A stretch of DNA of 64,000 bases from an uncultured Methanosarcinales archaeon (GCA_963843555.1 CAWJKV010000004.1:106843-170842); one strand, 5' to 3'. Shown: positions 1-11,310, counted from the first letter of the stretch. Numbers and translations: made by a program. Notes: generated by a model from the letters alone, not told the origin.

Positions 1-186
1 ATCGCCACCATATCAGAGAGCACCAGCTTCTTGCAGGGCATCAGGACGGGCAGGGTCACGGCCACGGCAAGGGTGGTCAAGCGGGGCAGAAGTGTCGCCT
101 TCCTGGAGAGCGCCGTAACGAATTCGGATGATGGATCGCTTCTTGCCAGGACTTCTGCCTCCTTTGCCATCATGCCCGAGAGATAA
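1..186 (+). CDS. PaaI-family thioesterase, 3' part (runs off window start)
   Basis: Frame 1 reads IATISESTSFLQGIRTGRVTATARVVKRGRSVAFLESAV...LLARTSASFAIMPER*, a hot-dog-fold thioesterase C-terminus; not in ORF track. Confidence 0.75.
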   Translation: MATISESTSFLQGIRTGRVTATARVVKRGRSVAFLESAVTNSDDGSLLARTSASFAIMPER

Positions 187-211
187 ATGGATTGAAGGGC
201 AGGAGACGATT

Positions 212-424
212 TTAACTAAGCTTTGCCGATTTGAATCCGGTCATGCCGTGCTCTCCCAGTTGCAGCCGGCGGACGACCTCACCCGCGGCCCTGGCGTCCT
301 CAACGCTCGCCAGAATCCTCGTCTTGCTGAGAGTGGTTCTCTTTCCACAGGGACAGGTCCTGGTCTTGGCGTCCTGGGGAGAATATAGGTGACGGCCGCA
401 GCTACACCGGAAGACGATGAACAT
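212..424 (-). CDS. DUF1922-like small Zn-ribbon protein
   Basis: MFIVFRCSCGRHLYS...TRTCPCGKR, two CxCG knuckles typical of this archaeal family. Confidence 0.7.
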   Translation of the reverse strand: MFIVFRCSCGRHLYSPQDAKTRTCPCGKRTTLSKTRILASVEDARAAGEVVRRLQLGEHGMTGFKSAKLS

Positions 425-439
425 TAAAAGGAAAAGGGT

Positions 440-823
440 TTACTGGGGAGGCAGCAGTATGGCATTGATGACGCCATCCTGGCCGGGCCGGTTGGTTATC
501 CTGGCATCTCCCAGCTCTGTCTTGATGATTGCGCCCTTGGTGAGGATGTTCCTTCTCATGTAGTGAAGATTGGCCTTATTGTCCTTTACAGTCTCGATCT
601 TGACCGTCGTGGACTTTCCGGTCTTGGGATCAGCGACTGCGGCCATATTGCCCCGCAGCATGCGCAGCTTCTCATTTCCGCCCAGCGTCTCGATCTTCTT
701 GACTCTGACGGCGGCAATGGTGGTGTCACTCTGCTCTCTGCCTACCTCATACTTTCTCTTGCCTCTGGCCAGAATCAATTTTCCGCCCGTGGCCTTCCTT
801 CCGATTGTGCCTTGCCAACGCAT
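440..823 (-). CDS. rps8e: 30S ribosomal protein S8e
   Basis: [12 protein letters not shown]...[16 protein letters not shown] at 823 preferred over the ORF-track start. Confidence 0.97.
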   Translation of the reverse strand: MRWQGTIGRKATGGKLILARGKRKYEVGREQSDTTIAAVRVKKIETLGGNEKLRMLRGNMAAVADPKTGKSTTVKIETVKDNKANLHYMRRNILTKGAIIKTELGDARITNRPGQDGVINAILLPPQ

Positions 824-920
824 ATTGTAATTCCTCAGATCGCGAATATCCTTCGGTGCAGGGAATTTAAAGGTTGTGGTGATTTTTCCAAGGCATTTTT
901 CGGCATGCCGAGTCTTTGAC

Positions 921-2498
921 CTACAACAATGCTTTGGCCATGTAATTTCCAACCAGACCGTAACCCAGCCGGCGGTAGTACCCCCGAGCACCTATGCCGC
1001 TTGTGATCTCCAGGGATGCATATCCCTCCTTCCTGGCCAGGATCTCTGCCGCCTCCACCAGGCGGGTCCCGTATCCATGATGCTGCCACCCATCCGCTCT
1101 GCTGCCGATGGGAACCATAGGACCGTAGACATGCAGCTCCCGCACCCGCGCGCGGGGGCCCAGGCGCAGGCGCAGGAAACCAACCAGAGTACCATCCTCT
1201 GCCTCGAAAGAGAAGAAGTGCTCCACTCCGCCGCATGCGTTGTATGCCTCATGCATCAGCTCCACGTCAGCCTGCAAAACCTTGCGAAGGCCCGCTTCCC
1301 GACAGCGAATACATCGACATTTGCCGCCGCGCGCTCGTAACTGCTGCTGTGCCAGCTGGCGCAGATTTGATTTCTTCACCCCCGCCACAATTAGAGGCGA
1401 TGGGATGTCCCGCTGCACCCGTTGCAGTCGGACGTAGCTGGGAAGCAGTTCCTTTATGCGAGAGACCAGCTCTGCTGCAGCAGCGTCGTCCAGAGGCGCA
1501 TACTCGCCCCTCTGATATTGCCGGTAGAGCTCGGTTCCCTCCACCACCAAAGTGGGGTAGATCTTGAGGTAGTCCGGCCGAAAGCGGCTGTCCGAAAAAA
1601 GCTCCCGGAAGACCTCCAGGTCCGTTTTGGGAGTTGAGCCAGGAAGCCCGGGCATCATATGAAAGCCCACCTTCAGGCCCGCCTCCCGAAGATTGCGGTT
1701 GGCCGCTACGGTATCCTGGACAGTGTGGCCCCGCAACATGTTTTGCAGGATGTCGTCCCGGGTGCTCTGCACACCCAGCTCCACCTTGGTGGCCCCGAGG
1801 CTGAGCATCTCCTGGATGGCTTTATGGCCGCACCAGTCTGGACGGGTTTCGAATGTGGTTCCGATGTTGCGAACCAATGCGGTCTCATTGGCCTCGGCGA
1901 GCCCGGCAAAGGACTGCCATACGACGTCTGGGTTCGACCGGGGATAATCGTTCATGGCCTGGAGGCAGCGCCGGACAAACCAGTGCTGGTAGCCGAGAGG
2001 CCGGGAGGTCATCGTCCCGCCCATGATGATGAGCTCCGACTTGTCCAGAGGATGCCCAATCTCGTCCAGTTGAGAAAGCCTCGCCTTCACCTGGGCGTAA
2101 GGATCATAGCCGTACTGCCCCGCCCGAAGAGCTGCCGGCTCCCGGCCGGTGTAGCTTTGCGGCGAGGTGCATTGAATTCCGCCCGGACAGGGAACACATG
2201 TGCCGTGCGGGCAGCGAGCCGGAGAGGTCATGGCAGCGATGACCGCAACGCCGGAAAGGGTTCGTGTGGGCTTACGCACCAGCATCTTGAGCGCATTGCG
2301 CTCTTCCGGCAGGGCCATGGAGAGGATATCGGCATTGCTGGGAAGAGTCGCCAGTCCGAGACGGGACGAGGCATCCTTTTTTCGTTTTTCTAGATCAGCT
2401 TCCGTCTCGATTTGATCGGCTAGCATGGCATCGATGATGCATCTCATCTCCGACTTGAGTGCATTCGGATCCCTGCATGCGAGAAGCCCCTCTTTCAT
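921..2498 (-). CDS. elp3: Elp3 tRNA uridine(34) acetyltransferase (radical SAM + GNAT)
   Basis: [51 protein letters not shown]. Confidence 0.95.
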   Translation of the reverse strand: MKEGLLACRDPNALKSEMRCIIDAMLADQIETEADLEKRKKDASSRLGLATLPSNADILSMALPEERNALKMLVRKPTRTLSGVAVIAAMTSPARCPHGTCVPCPGGIQCTSPQSYTGREPAALRAGQYGYDPYAQVKARLSQLDEIGHPLDKSELIIMGGTMTSRPLGYQHWFVRRCLQAMNDYPRSNPDVVWQSFAGLAEANETALVRNIGTTFETRPDWCGHKAIQEMLSLGATKVELGVQSTRDDILQNMLRGHTVQDTVAANRNLREAGLKVGFHMMPGLPGSTPKTDLEVFRELFSDSRFRPDYLKIYPTLVVEGTELYRQYQRGEYAPLDDAAAAELVSRIKELLPSYVRLQRVQRDIPSPLIVAGVKKSNLRQLAQQQLRARGGKCRCIRCREAGLRKVLQADVELMHEAYNACGGVEHFFSFEAEDGTLVGFLRLRLGPRARVRELHVYGPMVPIGSRADGWQHHGYGTRLVEAAEILARKEGYASLEITSGIGARGYYRRLGYGLVGNYMAKALL

Positions 2499-2504
2499 AT
2501 GCGG

Positions 2505-2840
2505 TTATTCCCGAGGTGCACCACAGGAAGGTTCAACGTCGCTTTCGGCCTTTGCTCGCGCGTATTGCTGTTCAATCTGCTGGGCGAGGTTGCACCGCAG
2601 AAGGCCTGATACGAACATGCCTGCCAATAAAACATGCTCGCGGGGCATTTCGTTCAGCGCCTCCTTGAGATTTCCCATCGCTTCCTCCTCGCTTCCGACC
2701 ACCGGGTTGAAGAGCAGATTCTTGGTCAATTCGCCGATCTTCATCATCTCCTCCGAGGGGATGCCGAAGAACCCGCGAACGATCTCCAGGACCATAGTTT
2801 CCTCATCTGGTTCGAACATATCTGAGACTGGATGATTCAT
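2505..2840 (-). CDS. hypothetical protein
   Basis: Co-oriented between phosphoesterase and elp3, ends 7 nt before elp3 start; ATG at 2840 (MNHPVSDMFEP). Confidence 0.6.
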   Translation of the reverse strand: MNHPVSDMFEPDEETMVLEIVRGFFGIPSEEMMKIGELTKNLLFNPVVGSEEEAMGNLKEALNEMPREHVLLAGMFVSGLLRCNLAQQIEQQYARAKAESDVEPSCGAPRE

Positions 2841-2859
2841 GATGAAAAGGTTTGGCTTT

Positions 2860-3801
2860 CTAGACAAGCTTGCATAGATACAGAGACTCGGAACGGCCAA
2901 GCTGTCTCAAAGCCAGGCCATCTTCATTGAGAAAGACATAGGTATTTGGCGTCTCCATGCCGGATCCTTTTCCCTGCTCGCGCGTGAAGCTGCCCGCGTT
3001 TACGGCCAGGGGACCGCCCTTCCTCTGAAAGATGCCCGCCCGGTGCGTATCCCCGTAAATGAAGCAATCTACCTCCCCCTGGTTCTGGTCGCGAATGAAC
3101 TTCAATATGGCATCGTATTGCCCTTCTACGGAAGCAAAGTGCTGCTTACGAAAGACCCCTGATGTGAACTTTTGCAGCAAGTTGGAGGCTTTCCAGATGC
3201 GATCCTCGAAGGAGACCATCTCCCCAATGTAGGCAGAGCGGTAGATGCTCTCGTAGGCGTAGGTCATCATCATCTCCAGGTCCGCGGGCAGAAGCTCTTC
3301 TCCGGAGAGTCTGCGCAGCTTCTCTACCAGCTGCATAGTAAAGGTCTGGATGCCATCCAGGTGATGGCCGTGGGTGAAGAGAACTGTCCGGTGACAACAA
3401 CTGACCCGGTAAGTAGGATAGAGCATATCGATATTCAGGCCGTTGATGGACTGGCACCAGCGGAGTGAGGGGATATAAACAGGAAAAAGATCGCCCCTTG
3501 CCATCCTCTCCATGAACTCGTCCTCCTGCTTTTGCACCACCAGGTGATGATCGTGATTTCCCACCACGTAGCGAATCTTCAGGTCCTCTTGAGATAGCCG
3601 CTTCAGAAAATAGATTGAGTCTCGCACGGCATTCTCTGGCCGAACCCTCCAGAAATCGAAGATATCGCCCAGGAGAACGACCTCATCGCAGCCGTTCCCG
3701 AATTCCGATATCTCTCGCATTAACTGGTCGACCTTTGCGGGATCATTCAGTGTCGACGAGCCCAAACCAAAGTGCGTATCTGAGATTATCACCGATGCCA
3801 T
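2860..3801 (-). CDS. calcineurin-like metallophosphoesterase
   Basis: SDTHFG, LGDIFD, GNHD, THGH, GDTH motifs. Confidence 0.85.
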   Translation of the reverse strand: MASVIISDTHFGLGSSTLNDPAKVDQLMREISEFGNGCDEVVLLGDIFDFWRVRPENAVRDSIYFLKRLSQEDLKIRYVVGNHDHHLVVQKQEDEFMERMARGDLFPVYIPSLRWCQSINGLNIDMLYPTYRVSCCHRTVLFTHGHHLDGIQTFTMQLVEKLRRLSGEELLPADLEMMMTYAYESIYRSAYIGEMVSFEDRIWKASNLLQKFTSGVFRKQHFASVEGQYDAILKFIRDQNQGEVDCFIYGDTHRAGIFQRKGGPLAVNAGSFTREQGKGSGMETPNTYVFLNEDGLALRQLGRSESLYLCKLV

Positions 3802-3947
3802 GCCCTTCCCCTTTGCATATGTTTATTACTGTTGTTATTTATAAATATTGTGAGCCGCGATAGATGAAAGTAATGAACATATAGGAATCCAGCTGCTAAT
3901 CGAGCAAAAGGCAAAAATACGAATCTCCAAGAAAGAGAACTATCAGA

Positions 3948-4821
3948 ATGATCGACATCGCCATTCCCAAGGGCAGCCTGCAAAACCAGACCCTGCAGCT
4001 CTTCGAGCAGGCGGGGCTTGAGGTTAAGAGAACGGAGCGAGAGTACAACGCCCGTATTGAAGATCCCCGCATCGGCAAGGTGAAGATCCTCCGCCCTCAG
4101 GAGATACCGGGATATGTGGCCAAAGGCTACTTCGATCTGGGCATCTCCGGAACGGACTGGATAATGGAGTCGGGAGCCGTAGTGACCAAGGTCACTGAGC
4201 TCAACTATGGCAAACAGGGGCCGGGCACTGTAAAGCTGGTCGTGGCCGTGCCCGAAAGCCTGGACATCCAATCCGCCCGCCAGATAAAGCCGGGAAGCCG
4301 CGTGGCCACAGAATATCCGAGCCTCACTCAGGCCTTCTTCCTGGGCCTGGGAATACCTGTGGAGATTCAATTCTCCTTTGGAGCCACTGAGGCCAAAGTC
4401 CCAGAACTCACCGACGTGGTCGTCGATCTCACAGAGACCGGCTCGACATTGAAGAAGAACGGCCTGAAGATCATAGATGTCATGCTGGAGTCCACATCGG
4501 AACTGATAGCCAACAAGAAGAGCTATGCCAATCGCGGAGAAGCATGAGGAGATCATCGCAGTGGAGACGCTGCTCTCTGCGGTGATCAGGGCCAGGGGAA
4601 AGACTCTGTTGAAGATGAATGTGCCCGAGGATTCGATAAAGGATGTTGTCTCCATGCTGCCCAGCATGAAGAACCCCACTATCTCCAAGCTCTACAACAC
4701 CCACTATTATGCCGTGGAAACGGTGGTAGATAGATCGCAGGTCAATCTGCTCATCCCCCTGTTGAAAAAGTCAGGGGCAGAGGATATCCTGGAGCTGGCC
4801 ATCTCCAAGATAGTGCCCTGA
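3948..4821 (+). CDS. hisG: ATP phosphoribosyltransferase, long form; +1 frameshift near 4530
   Basis: IAIPKGSL, LRPQEIP, DLGISG, GATE, VVDLTETGSTL; second frame gives C-terminal domain (PSMKNPTIS...GAEDILEL). Confidence 0.95.
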
Positions 4822-4868
4822 TATCATCATTTATAGAAAAAAATTAGAAAGAACGGATGGAAAGCGAG

Positions 4869-4943
4869 CGGGCGCGGGGGGATTCGAACCCCCGATCTAC
4901 AGCTTAGGAGGCTGCCGCCTTATCCGGACTAGGCCACGCGCCC
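4869..4943 (-). tRNA. tRNA-Arg(CCT)
   Basis: GGGCGCG acceptor stem, anticodon loop CT-CCT-AA, T-arm GGTTCGAATCC; CCA not encoded. Confidence 0.96.
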
Positions 4944-5029
4944 TTTTCAGCCTTTTCCGTATAACCAACACGTATATCAATCTTTCCGGATTGGATATCG
5001 GCTCCGTTCTTCGCGATATCGCTTTTTTC

Positions 5030-6549
5030 TCAGCGGATGAGCACCCCACTCAGGACTACCACGAAGAGGCCCAGGAAGAACCAGCCCAAGATCCCTTCCG
5101 CCATGGCCAGATGCCTGTAAACACCTACCGGATAGGTGTTAACTGGCGCCTGGGAGGTGGTGAACATGGCTATGCTGAAGTACAGAGCATCAGTGAGAGA
5201 GACACGCTTGCTGGGCTTCAGCCTTGGATTACCGGGAAGCTCCATGCCGTCGATCTCGAACTTGCTCATGCCCTTTCCTGCCCAGTACACCAAACCAAAA
5301 ATGAGAATGGTAAAGAGACACCAGAAAACGGTGTAGCTTACCCGAACCCCATAGCCGCAGGAGAGCCAGGATATGATATCCGATAACTTGGCCCAGCCCC
5401 AGGGGCTGTCAGGTCCTGGCCAATTCTGCGGTATTGATAGTAGCATTCATCGGCATCTTCAAACCACTCCAGGCTCTTTATAGTTCTTCACCAGGGCGAG
5501 ATATGCAGCACCGTTGTACATCCAGGCGATCCTCAATGACATCCCAGTGCACCATGAACTTGGTGAAGTCTGCGTTGTTGAGGTTGATCTTGGTTTCTTC
5601 TCCAAATGTGACATTGTCCAGCTGCATGCTGTAGAGCCTGGACTGCCTCCAGAATCAGATCTTTATCAAATCGGGCGCCAATGAAGTAGGCCAGATCGGA
5701 AAACTTTACGCCTCCAAAGTAGGCGGTCTCCATGAAACCGACACCTGAGAAGTCTGCCAAACCTCCGAAGTTGGACAGGCCAAAAGTGCTGCCCTTCTGA
5801 AACTGGGCATTCCTGAATACCACGTCGCTGGCAAAACGAGTGGCAGCAAATGTGGCATTTCCCCGGAATTGAGCATCAAGGAAGGAGGCATGCCCGTCGA
5901 ACTGCGTCTCCAGGAAGATGACATTATCGAAGATCGTATTCCCAAAGGACCCTATCCGTAAGAATCGGGCAAAATTAAAGTCCACATCTTTGGCAAAGCC
6001 GGAGCTGAGGAAGATGGCATCTCCATCAAACCGGACACTTCCAAAGCTGGTGTCATTTAGAAAGAGGGCGCTCAAGAATGCAGCCTGCCCCCCGAAATGG
6101 GAGGCTCGGAAATCGGCCTCTCCCATAAAAAGGGCACCGGAGAAACTGGCATCCCCCAGGAAACTCGTCTTGGCAAAGCTGACGTTCTCTTGAAAAATGC
6201 TTCCTCGAAGATCCAGTGCTTCTTCGAAGCTGGCCCCATTGGAGTTCACTGGGCCCAGGAAGCGAGAATTGGTTATCTTCACCGATTGCTTCACCGGCCC
6301 CGACAGATTGGTCAGATCCAGCGGGCCGATTATGGAAACATTATCATAGTCCACTGGCTCGCCCGAACTTATTTGGGCCAGGAGATCTTCTGCCCTGAGA
6401 TTGAAATTGTCCTGCTGGGCCTGCAGGGAGGAGCCATCCGCCCCTGTTTGCGCTGAAGAGGCATTGCACAATAGCATTAGGAAGAGCAGCAGAGTCCATT
6501 TAGAGATTGCAACCACAGATCCCGTTTGAAGCGTCCGAGGATTTATCAT
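5030..6549 (-). CDS. signal peptide + pentapeptide repeats + C-terminal 2-TM pore-loop (Ion_trans_2-like) protein, paralogue A; frameshifts near 5645, 5522, 5415
   Basis: Hydrophobic N-terminus (WTLLLFLMLLCNASSA), many A-x-F-x-x repeats, C-terminus WLSCGYGVR-TM-DALYFSIAMFTTSQAP-TM; the frames join up with homology to paralogue B. Confidence 0.85.
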
Positions 6550-6556
6550 TTTTGTA

Positions 6557-8048
6557 TTACCGGATCATAACCCTGCCCAGAGTCACCAGGAACAAAGCCA
6601 GCAGCAGCCAGCCAAGGATTCCTTCCAGGATGACATTATACCTGTGCCGGCCCACGGGCAGGAAGTCGATGGGCCCCTGGGAGAGGAAGATCATGGTGCT
6701 GAAGAAGAGCGCATTGCGGAAGGTGACGCGCTCTGGAACTGCATCCTGTTCGGCTGGCTCATTGATGGGCTTGGCGGACCTGCGAATGCCGTCTCCTCTC
6801 CAGTAGACCAGAGCAAAGGCGAGAATGGTCAGAAGCGCCCAGGCCACGGCATAGCCCGGCCGGACTCCATAGCCGCAGGAGAGCCAGGCCAGAACATCGA
6901 TGGCCTTTGACGCCCCCCATCCCTTCTGAGATTGATCGAGCTTTCGATATTGGTAATAGCAGTCGTCCTCGTCTTCAGACCAGCCCAGGCCGTGATAATT
7001 GCTGACCAGAGCCAGATAGGCCCCCGGGTCCCAGACCACATGGTCGTCGATGTCCTTCCAGTGGGCTTTGAAGCGAGCAAAGTCGGTGTCATTGAGAATG
7101 ATACGAGAGTGCGTGTCCAGCGCCACCTCATCGAAGAGCAGGGTGGAGATCGATCCGCCCTTGAAGTTGAGGTCTCCATCGAACCCTGGCGCTCTGGAAG
7201 CTGGCGATGTCCTCGAATTTGGCCAGGCCGAATAAGGCATCCTTGTGGAAAACGGCACCGGAGAAGTAGGAGGCATCGGAAAAGCGGGCCAGATTGAAGC
7301 CCGCCTCCTCGGAAAAAACCGCTCCGCCAAAGGAGGAGAGGCCCGAGAATTTGGCCAGGCCGAATTGCACTGGACCGGAAAAGACTGCCTCGGAAAAACC
7401 GGCGGTGTTGAAGCGGGACTGGAAGAAGTTGGCTGCGGCCCCGAAGGAAGCAGCAGAAAAATCCGCTGCTCCTGAAAAATCGACGTCCGAGAAGAGAACG
7501 TCCTGGAAGAATTGCGCGCCTGTGAAGTAGCTGTATGAATCGAAGCTGGAATAGTTGAAATCTGCAATCCCATTGAATATCACATCATTGAAGCTGGCGT
7601 CCTGGTGAAACTCTGCATCCTCGAAACTGACAGATCCCAGGAACAGAGCCCCATCGAAGACCGTGGGCCCGCTAAAGGAGTCCCGACGAAAGCTGACCTG
7701 CTGAAAGCTGGTGTTGGCAAAGTCCGCGATGCCCAGAAAGCTGGCTCTGTCAAAGCTGGCGTTGCCAAAGGTCGTGCCCCAGAAGGTGGCATCCTTCGCG
7801 AAGGTGACGCCGTCAAACGTGGCATTGACAATAGTTGAGTTTGTGAGCGCGAAAGAGTCTGTCACTATGGCACCGGGCAGGGATTGGAGATCCAGGTCAC
7901 CCGAAACCAGGACGCCATCGTAATAAATAGGTTGGTGGCTCTCTATTTGGGCCAATAGCTTTTCTGCAGGAATAACTTCCTGAGCGTTCGAAGCGAATAA
8001 CACCGACATCGCCAGAACGGCAATCATCGCCAGATCTCGCCAGGCCAT
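6557..8048 (-). CDS. signal peptide + pentapeptide repeats + C-terminal 2-TM pore-loop protein, paralogue B; frameshift near 7185
   Basis: MAWRDLAMIAVLAMSVLFASNA signal, A-x-F repeats, WLSCGYGVR-TM-NALFFSTMIFLSQGP-TM. Confidence 0.85.
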
Positions 8049-8256
8049 CCATTCGCTCTTAGGACTGCCTGGTCATATTCTTTGCTATCTCTCCATCTCA
8101 CAATACGATAGCTAATCCTCTGCTTGCACTAAATTCAATTTGTTATTAATGAAAACCCAAGATCGCATATTTCAGACGGAGAACATGCATCTGATTACCT
8201 CTACAATATGGCTCTGCGTAACTATATATCGCTGGATATTTCTTTCAGCTCTCAGC

Positions 8257-9174
8257 ATGGAAACTCAAGATCTCGCCAAACAAATCCTCGCCCGCCAGGG
8301 CTACCATCTCGCGGGCTCGGGCGCTGTCAAGCCCTGCCTCTGGCTCAACCGCTCCATGCGGGGCGGCGATCAGTGCTACAAGCACCACTTCTACGGCATA
8401 TCCAGCCACCGCTGCGTGCAGATGACGCCCACACTAGAGTGCAATCATCTCTGCCTGCACTGCTGGAGACCGGTAGACGACCCAAGACCGGAAAAAGAGC
8501 CCACAGAGCCAGCAGAGCTATTGGAAGGCATCCTGCAGGGGCAGAAGAAGTTTCTCTCCGGCTACGGCGGGGCCAAGACCACCGATCCTGAACGTCTGGC
8601 TGAGGCGCGAGAGCCCAGGCATATAGCTATCTCCCTCATGGGCGAGCCCACCCTTTATCCCTATCTGAAGGAGTTCATCGATCTTATCTCGCGGAGGGGC
8701 ATGACCACCTTTCTGGTCAGCAATGCCACTCACCCCGAGGTTCTGGCTGAACTCAGACCGACACAGCTCTATCTCAGCCTCAATGCACCCGACGAAGAGC
8801 TTTACCGGCACGTATGCCAACCAGCAGGCGACCTCTGGCCCAGGATCCTGGAGTCCCTGGATATCCTGAAAGAGCACCGCTGCCGCAGCGTGATCCGCAT
8901 GACGCTGGCACGCGGTTTGAATATGGAAAAGCCGGAGGACTATGCCCGCATTATCGAGAGAGCTGAGCCTGACTTTGTGGAGGTCAAGGCTTACATGCAT
9001 CTGGGGCGCTCCCGAGACCGGCTGGAGAGAGAGGCCATGCCACAGCATCATGAGATCCTGGCCTATGCCCGCGCTCTGGCGAGCGAACTCGGCTACGAGC
9101 AGGAGGCGGAAGTGCCCTTAAGCCGGGTTGCGCTCCTCTCCAGCGGGCGGATCTCCAGAATCCTGGACTTGTGA
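8257..9174 (+). CDS. taw1: 4-demethylwyosine synthase TYW1/Taw1 (radical SAM)
   Basis: VKPCLW, CYKHHFYGISSHRCVQMTP, CNHLCLHCWR, SLMGEPTLYP, EVKAYMHLG. Confidence 0.95.
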   Translation: METQDLAKQILARQGYHLAGSGAVKPCLWLNRSMRGGDQCYKHHFYGISSHRCVQMTPTLECNHLCLHCWRPVDDPRPEKEPTEPAELLEGILQGQKKFLSGYGGAKTTDPERLAEAREPRHIAISLMGEPTLYPYLKEFIDLISRRGMTTFLVSNATHPEVLAELRPTQLYLSLNAPDEELYRHVCQPAGDLWPRILESLDILKEHRCRSVIRMTLARGLNMEKPEDYARIIERAEPDFVEVKAYMHLGRSRDRLEREAMPQHHEILAYARALASELGYEQEAEVPLSRVALLSSGRISRILDL

Positions 9175-9348
9175 TTTGATGATCGGCTAGGCCCGGGCAG
9201 ACGGGAGATCAACCCGCCAGAGTCCGAAAGCTGTGGTTTGCAGAGCTTAGGGTCTGCGGAATTTCTCTAGCATTCTCAACAAAAAATCGATACTTTGCAG
9301 CCCTGGAAAGTCATCTATAAATCCGGAGAGAACCAAGAGATTGGCTAA

Positions 9349-10332
9349 ATGCCTGAGAACATCATAGAGGTAAAGAACCTTGAATACAAGTATGGCGACT
9401 TCAAGGCTGTAGATGACGTCAGCTTCTTCGTCCGGAAGGGCGAGATCTTCTCCTTCCTCGGTCCCAACGGCGCAGGAAAGAGCACTGTAATCAACATTCT
9501 CACGACTCTTCTACCCATTCAGAAGGGCTCTGCCACCATTGCCGGACACAATCTGTCCACAGAGCCCCAGGAGGTTCGTAAGTCCATCGGCATCGTCTTT
9601 CAGGATGAGACTCTGGATCGTGATCTCACTGTCTGGGAGACTCTGGAGCTGCACGGCAGGATCTATTCCATGCCCAAAGATGAAAGAAAAGAAAGGATTG
9701 AGGAGATCATCCACCTCGTAGAACTGGAGGAGAAGAGGAATGTTCGTACCCGCTACCTTTCGGGCGGCATGAAACGCCGTCTGGAGATTGGAAGGGGCCT
9801 GATGACCCGGCCCCGAGTGCTCTTCCTGGATGAGCCCACCATCGGTCTGGATACCCAAACCAGGCGCAGGCTTTGGGACTACATCAAAACGGTTAACGAT
9901 TCGGGAACTACGATTTTTCTGACCACCCATTACATGGATGAGGCGGACCAGGTCAGCAACTGGATCGACATCCTGGACCACGGCAAAATCATCGCCTCCG
10001 GAGATCCGGCCCGGCTCAAGGATGCCCTGGGAAATGATATGATCTACATCGATACCAGCGACAACGAAACCGCCGAGAAACTGTTGAAAGGCCTCGGGGC
10101 TGTCAGAAGCATAAAGACCGCAACCCAGGGGCTGGTGGTCACCATCAACACCGATGGCACGCACTGCCTTCCGATCTTGATGAGCCGGATCAAAGAGAAA
10201 GGCATTGAAATCATCAGCGTGAACCTGAAGAAGCCCACACTGGATGACGTCTTCATCCATTACACCGGCCGGGACATCAGAAATGCCGGGGCGGAGAAGC
10301 TACCCAGGTTCCAGCCCAGGAGTGGGAGATAG
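9349..10332 (+). CDS. ABC-2 exporter ATP-binding subunit (DrrA-like)
   Basis: GPNGAGKS, LSGGMKRR, FLDEPT, TTHY, KKPTLDDVF. Confidence 0.92.
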   Translation: MPENIIEVKNLEYKYGDFKAVDDVSFFVRKGEIFSFLGPNGAGKSTVINILTTLLPIQKGSATIAGHNLSTEPQEVRKSIGIVFQDETLDRDLTVWETLELHGRIYSMPKDERKERIEEIIHLVELEEKRNVRTRYLSGGMKRRLEIGRGLMTRPRVLFLDEPTIGLDTQTRRRLWDYIKTVNDSGTTIFLTTHYMDEADQVSNWIDILDHGKIIASGDPARLKDALGNDMIYIDTSDNETAEKLLKGLGAVRSIKTATQGLVVTINTDGTHCLPILMSRIKEKGIEIISVNLKKPTLDDVFIHYTGRDIRNAGAEKLPRFQPRSGR

Positions 10333-10335
10333 GAA

Positions 10336-11172
10336 ATGTCCACCGAATTCTTGACTATCTATTGGCGCGATATGCTGAGGTTCGTTCGTTTCAGGATTGT
10401 CCTGGTAGTATCCCTGATTCAGCCGATGCTCTGGATGGCTCTGTATGGAGCGGCCATGTCCAACAACTTCAGCCGACTCAGCTCCGGCATGGTCGTGCCC
10501 GTAGACGCAGTAAGCGTCTCCTATCTGACGTTCATGGGTGCAGGAGTGATTGCCTTGACTACGCTCTTCACCAGTCTCTTCGGCGGCATCACTCTCCTCT
10601 TTGACAAGAACTGGGGGCTTATGAGGGAACTGTTGGCCAGCCCCATGCCCCGATACCACATCATAGTGGGCATTGGGCTATCAGGCGTCACTAAGTCCTT
10701 CATTCAGGTTATGGTCATCATAGGCTTTGGCCTGGTCATAGGCGTTCGATTCTTCCCAGGATACTCATCGCTTCATACGGTAATTGCCATCTTGGGAGTG
10801 CTGCTCTTTGTGGGAATATTCTCCCTGGGCTTTCTCTTCCTATCCTCTGCCATATCTATGAGCATGGAGACGCCCGAAGGGCTGCAGGCGGTCATCACTC
10901 TCCTGACACTGCCGCTCTTCTTTGCCAGTACTGCCCTCTATCCCATCGATGCCTTCCCGGGGCCGGTGCGAGTCCTGTCCCAGTTCAATCCCCTGACCCA
11001 CCTGGTCAATGGCGTGCGCTACTTTGCCGTCGGCCAGGACTTTTACGCCATCGGCATCCATTATGTTTACAACACCAACGATCTGGTCCTCTCGCTCCTG
11101 GCGCTGACGGGATTCGCTGCGATTATGTTCCTGGTGGCCTGGAGGGTCTTCCAGAAGGCGGTGGTAACCTGA
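10336..11172 (+). CDS. ABC-2 exporter permease (DrrB-like)
   Basis: About 6 TM segments, ELLASP, FNPLTH; directly follows the ATPase. Confidence 0.9.
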   Translation: MSTEFLTIYWRDMLRFVRFRIVLVVSLIQPMLWMALYGAAMSNNFSRLSSGMVVPVDAVSVSYLTFMGAGVIALTTLFTSLFGGITLLFDKNWGLMRELLASPMPRYHIIVGIGLSGVTKSFIQVMVIIGFGLVIGVRFFPGYSSLHTVIAILGVLLFVGIFSLGFLFLSSAISMSMETPEGLQAVITLLTLPLFFASTALYPIDAFPGPVRVLSQFNPLTHLVNGVRYFAVGQDFYAIGIHYVYNTNDLVLSLLALTGFAAIMFLVAWRVFQKAVVT

Positions 11173-11310
11173 ATCAGTCCAGACACGGGAAAAGACCCGG
11201 GTGGCCAGAGTCCAAAGAATATTAAGGGAATTTACAGATTGCCCGAGAAATTATTAAGAAATATCATGGTTACATTATGATGCAATTGAGATGCAATAGG
11301 AGGTTATGAT

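Noticed and set aside
4500..4560. Programmed ribosomal frameshifting in hisG (and prs, priS, birA)
   Set aside because: No common slippery sequence, and shifts are scattered over unrelated genes; error is more parsimonious.
5340..5375. GYG in WLSCGYGVR as the K+ selectivity filter of the pentapeptide proteins
   Set aside because: It precedes TM1 rather than following the pore helix, and lacks the preceding Thr residues; the filter position is the SQ-containing loop.
11265..11279. CATGGTTACATTATG matches CATGGTTATATTATG at 57964-57978 (14/15), both intergenic
   Set aside because: One such match is plausible by chance in AT-rich spacers, and there is no third copy or clear dyad.
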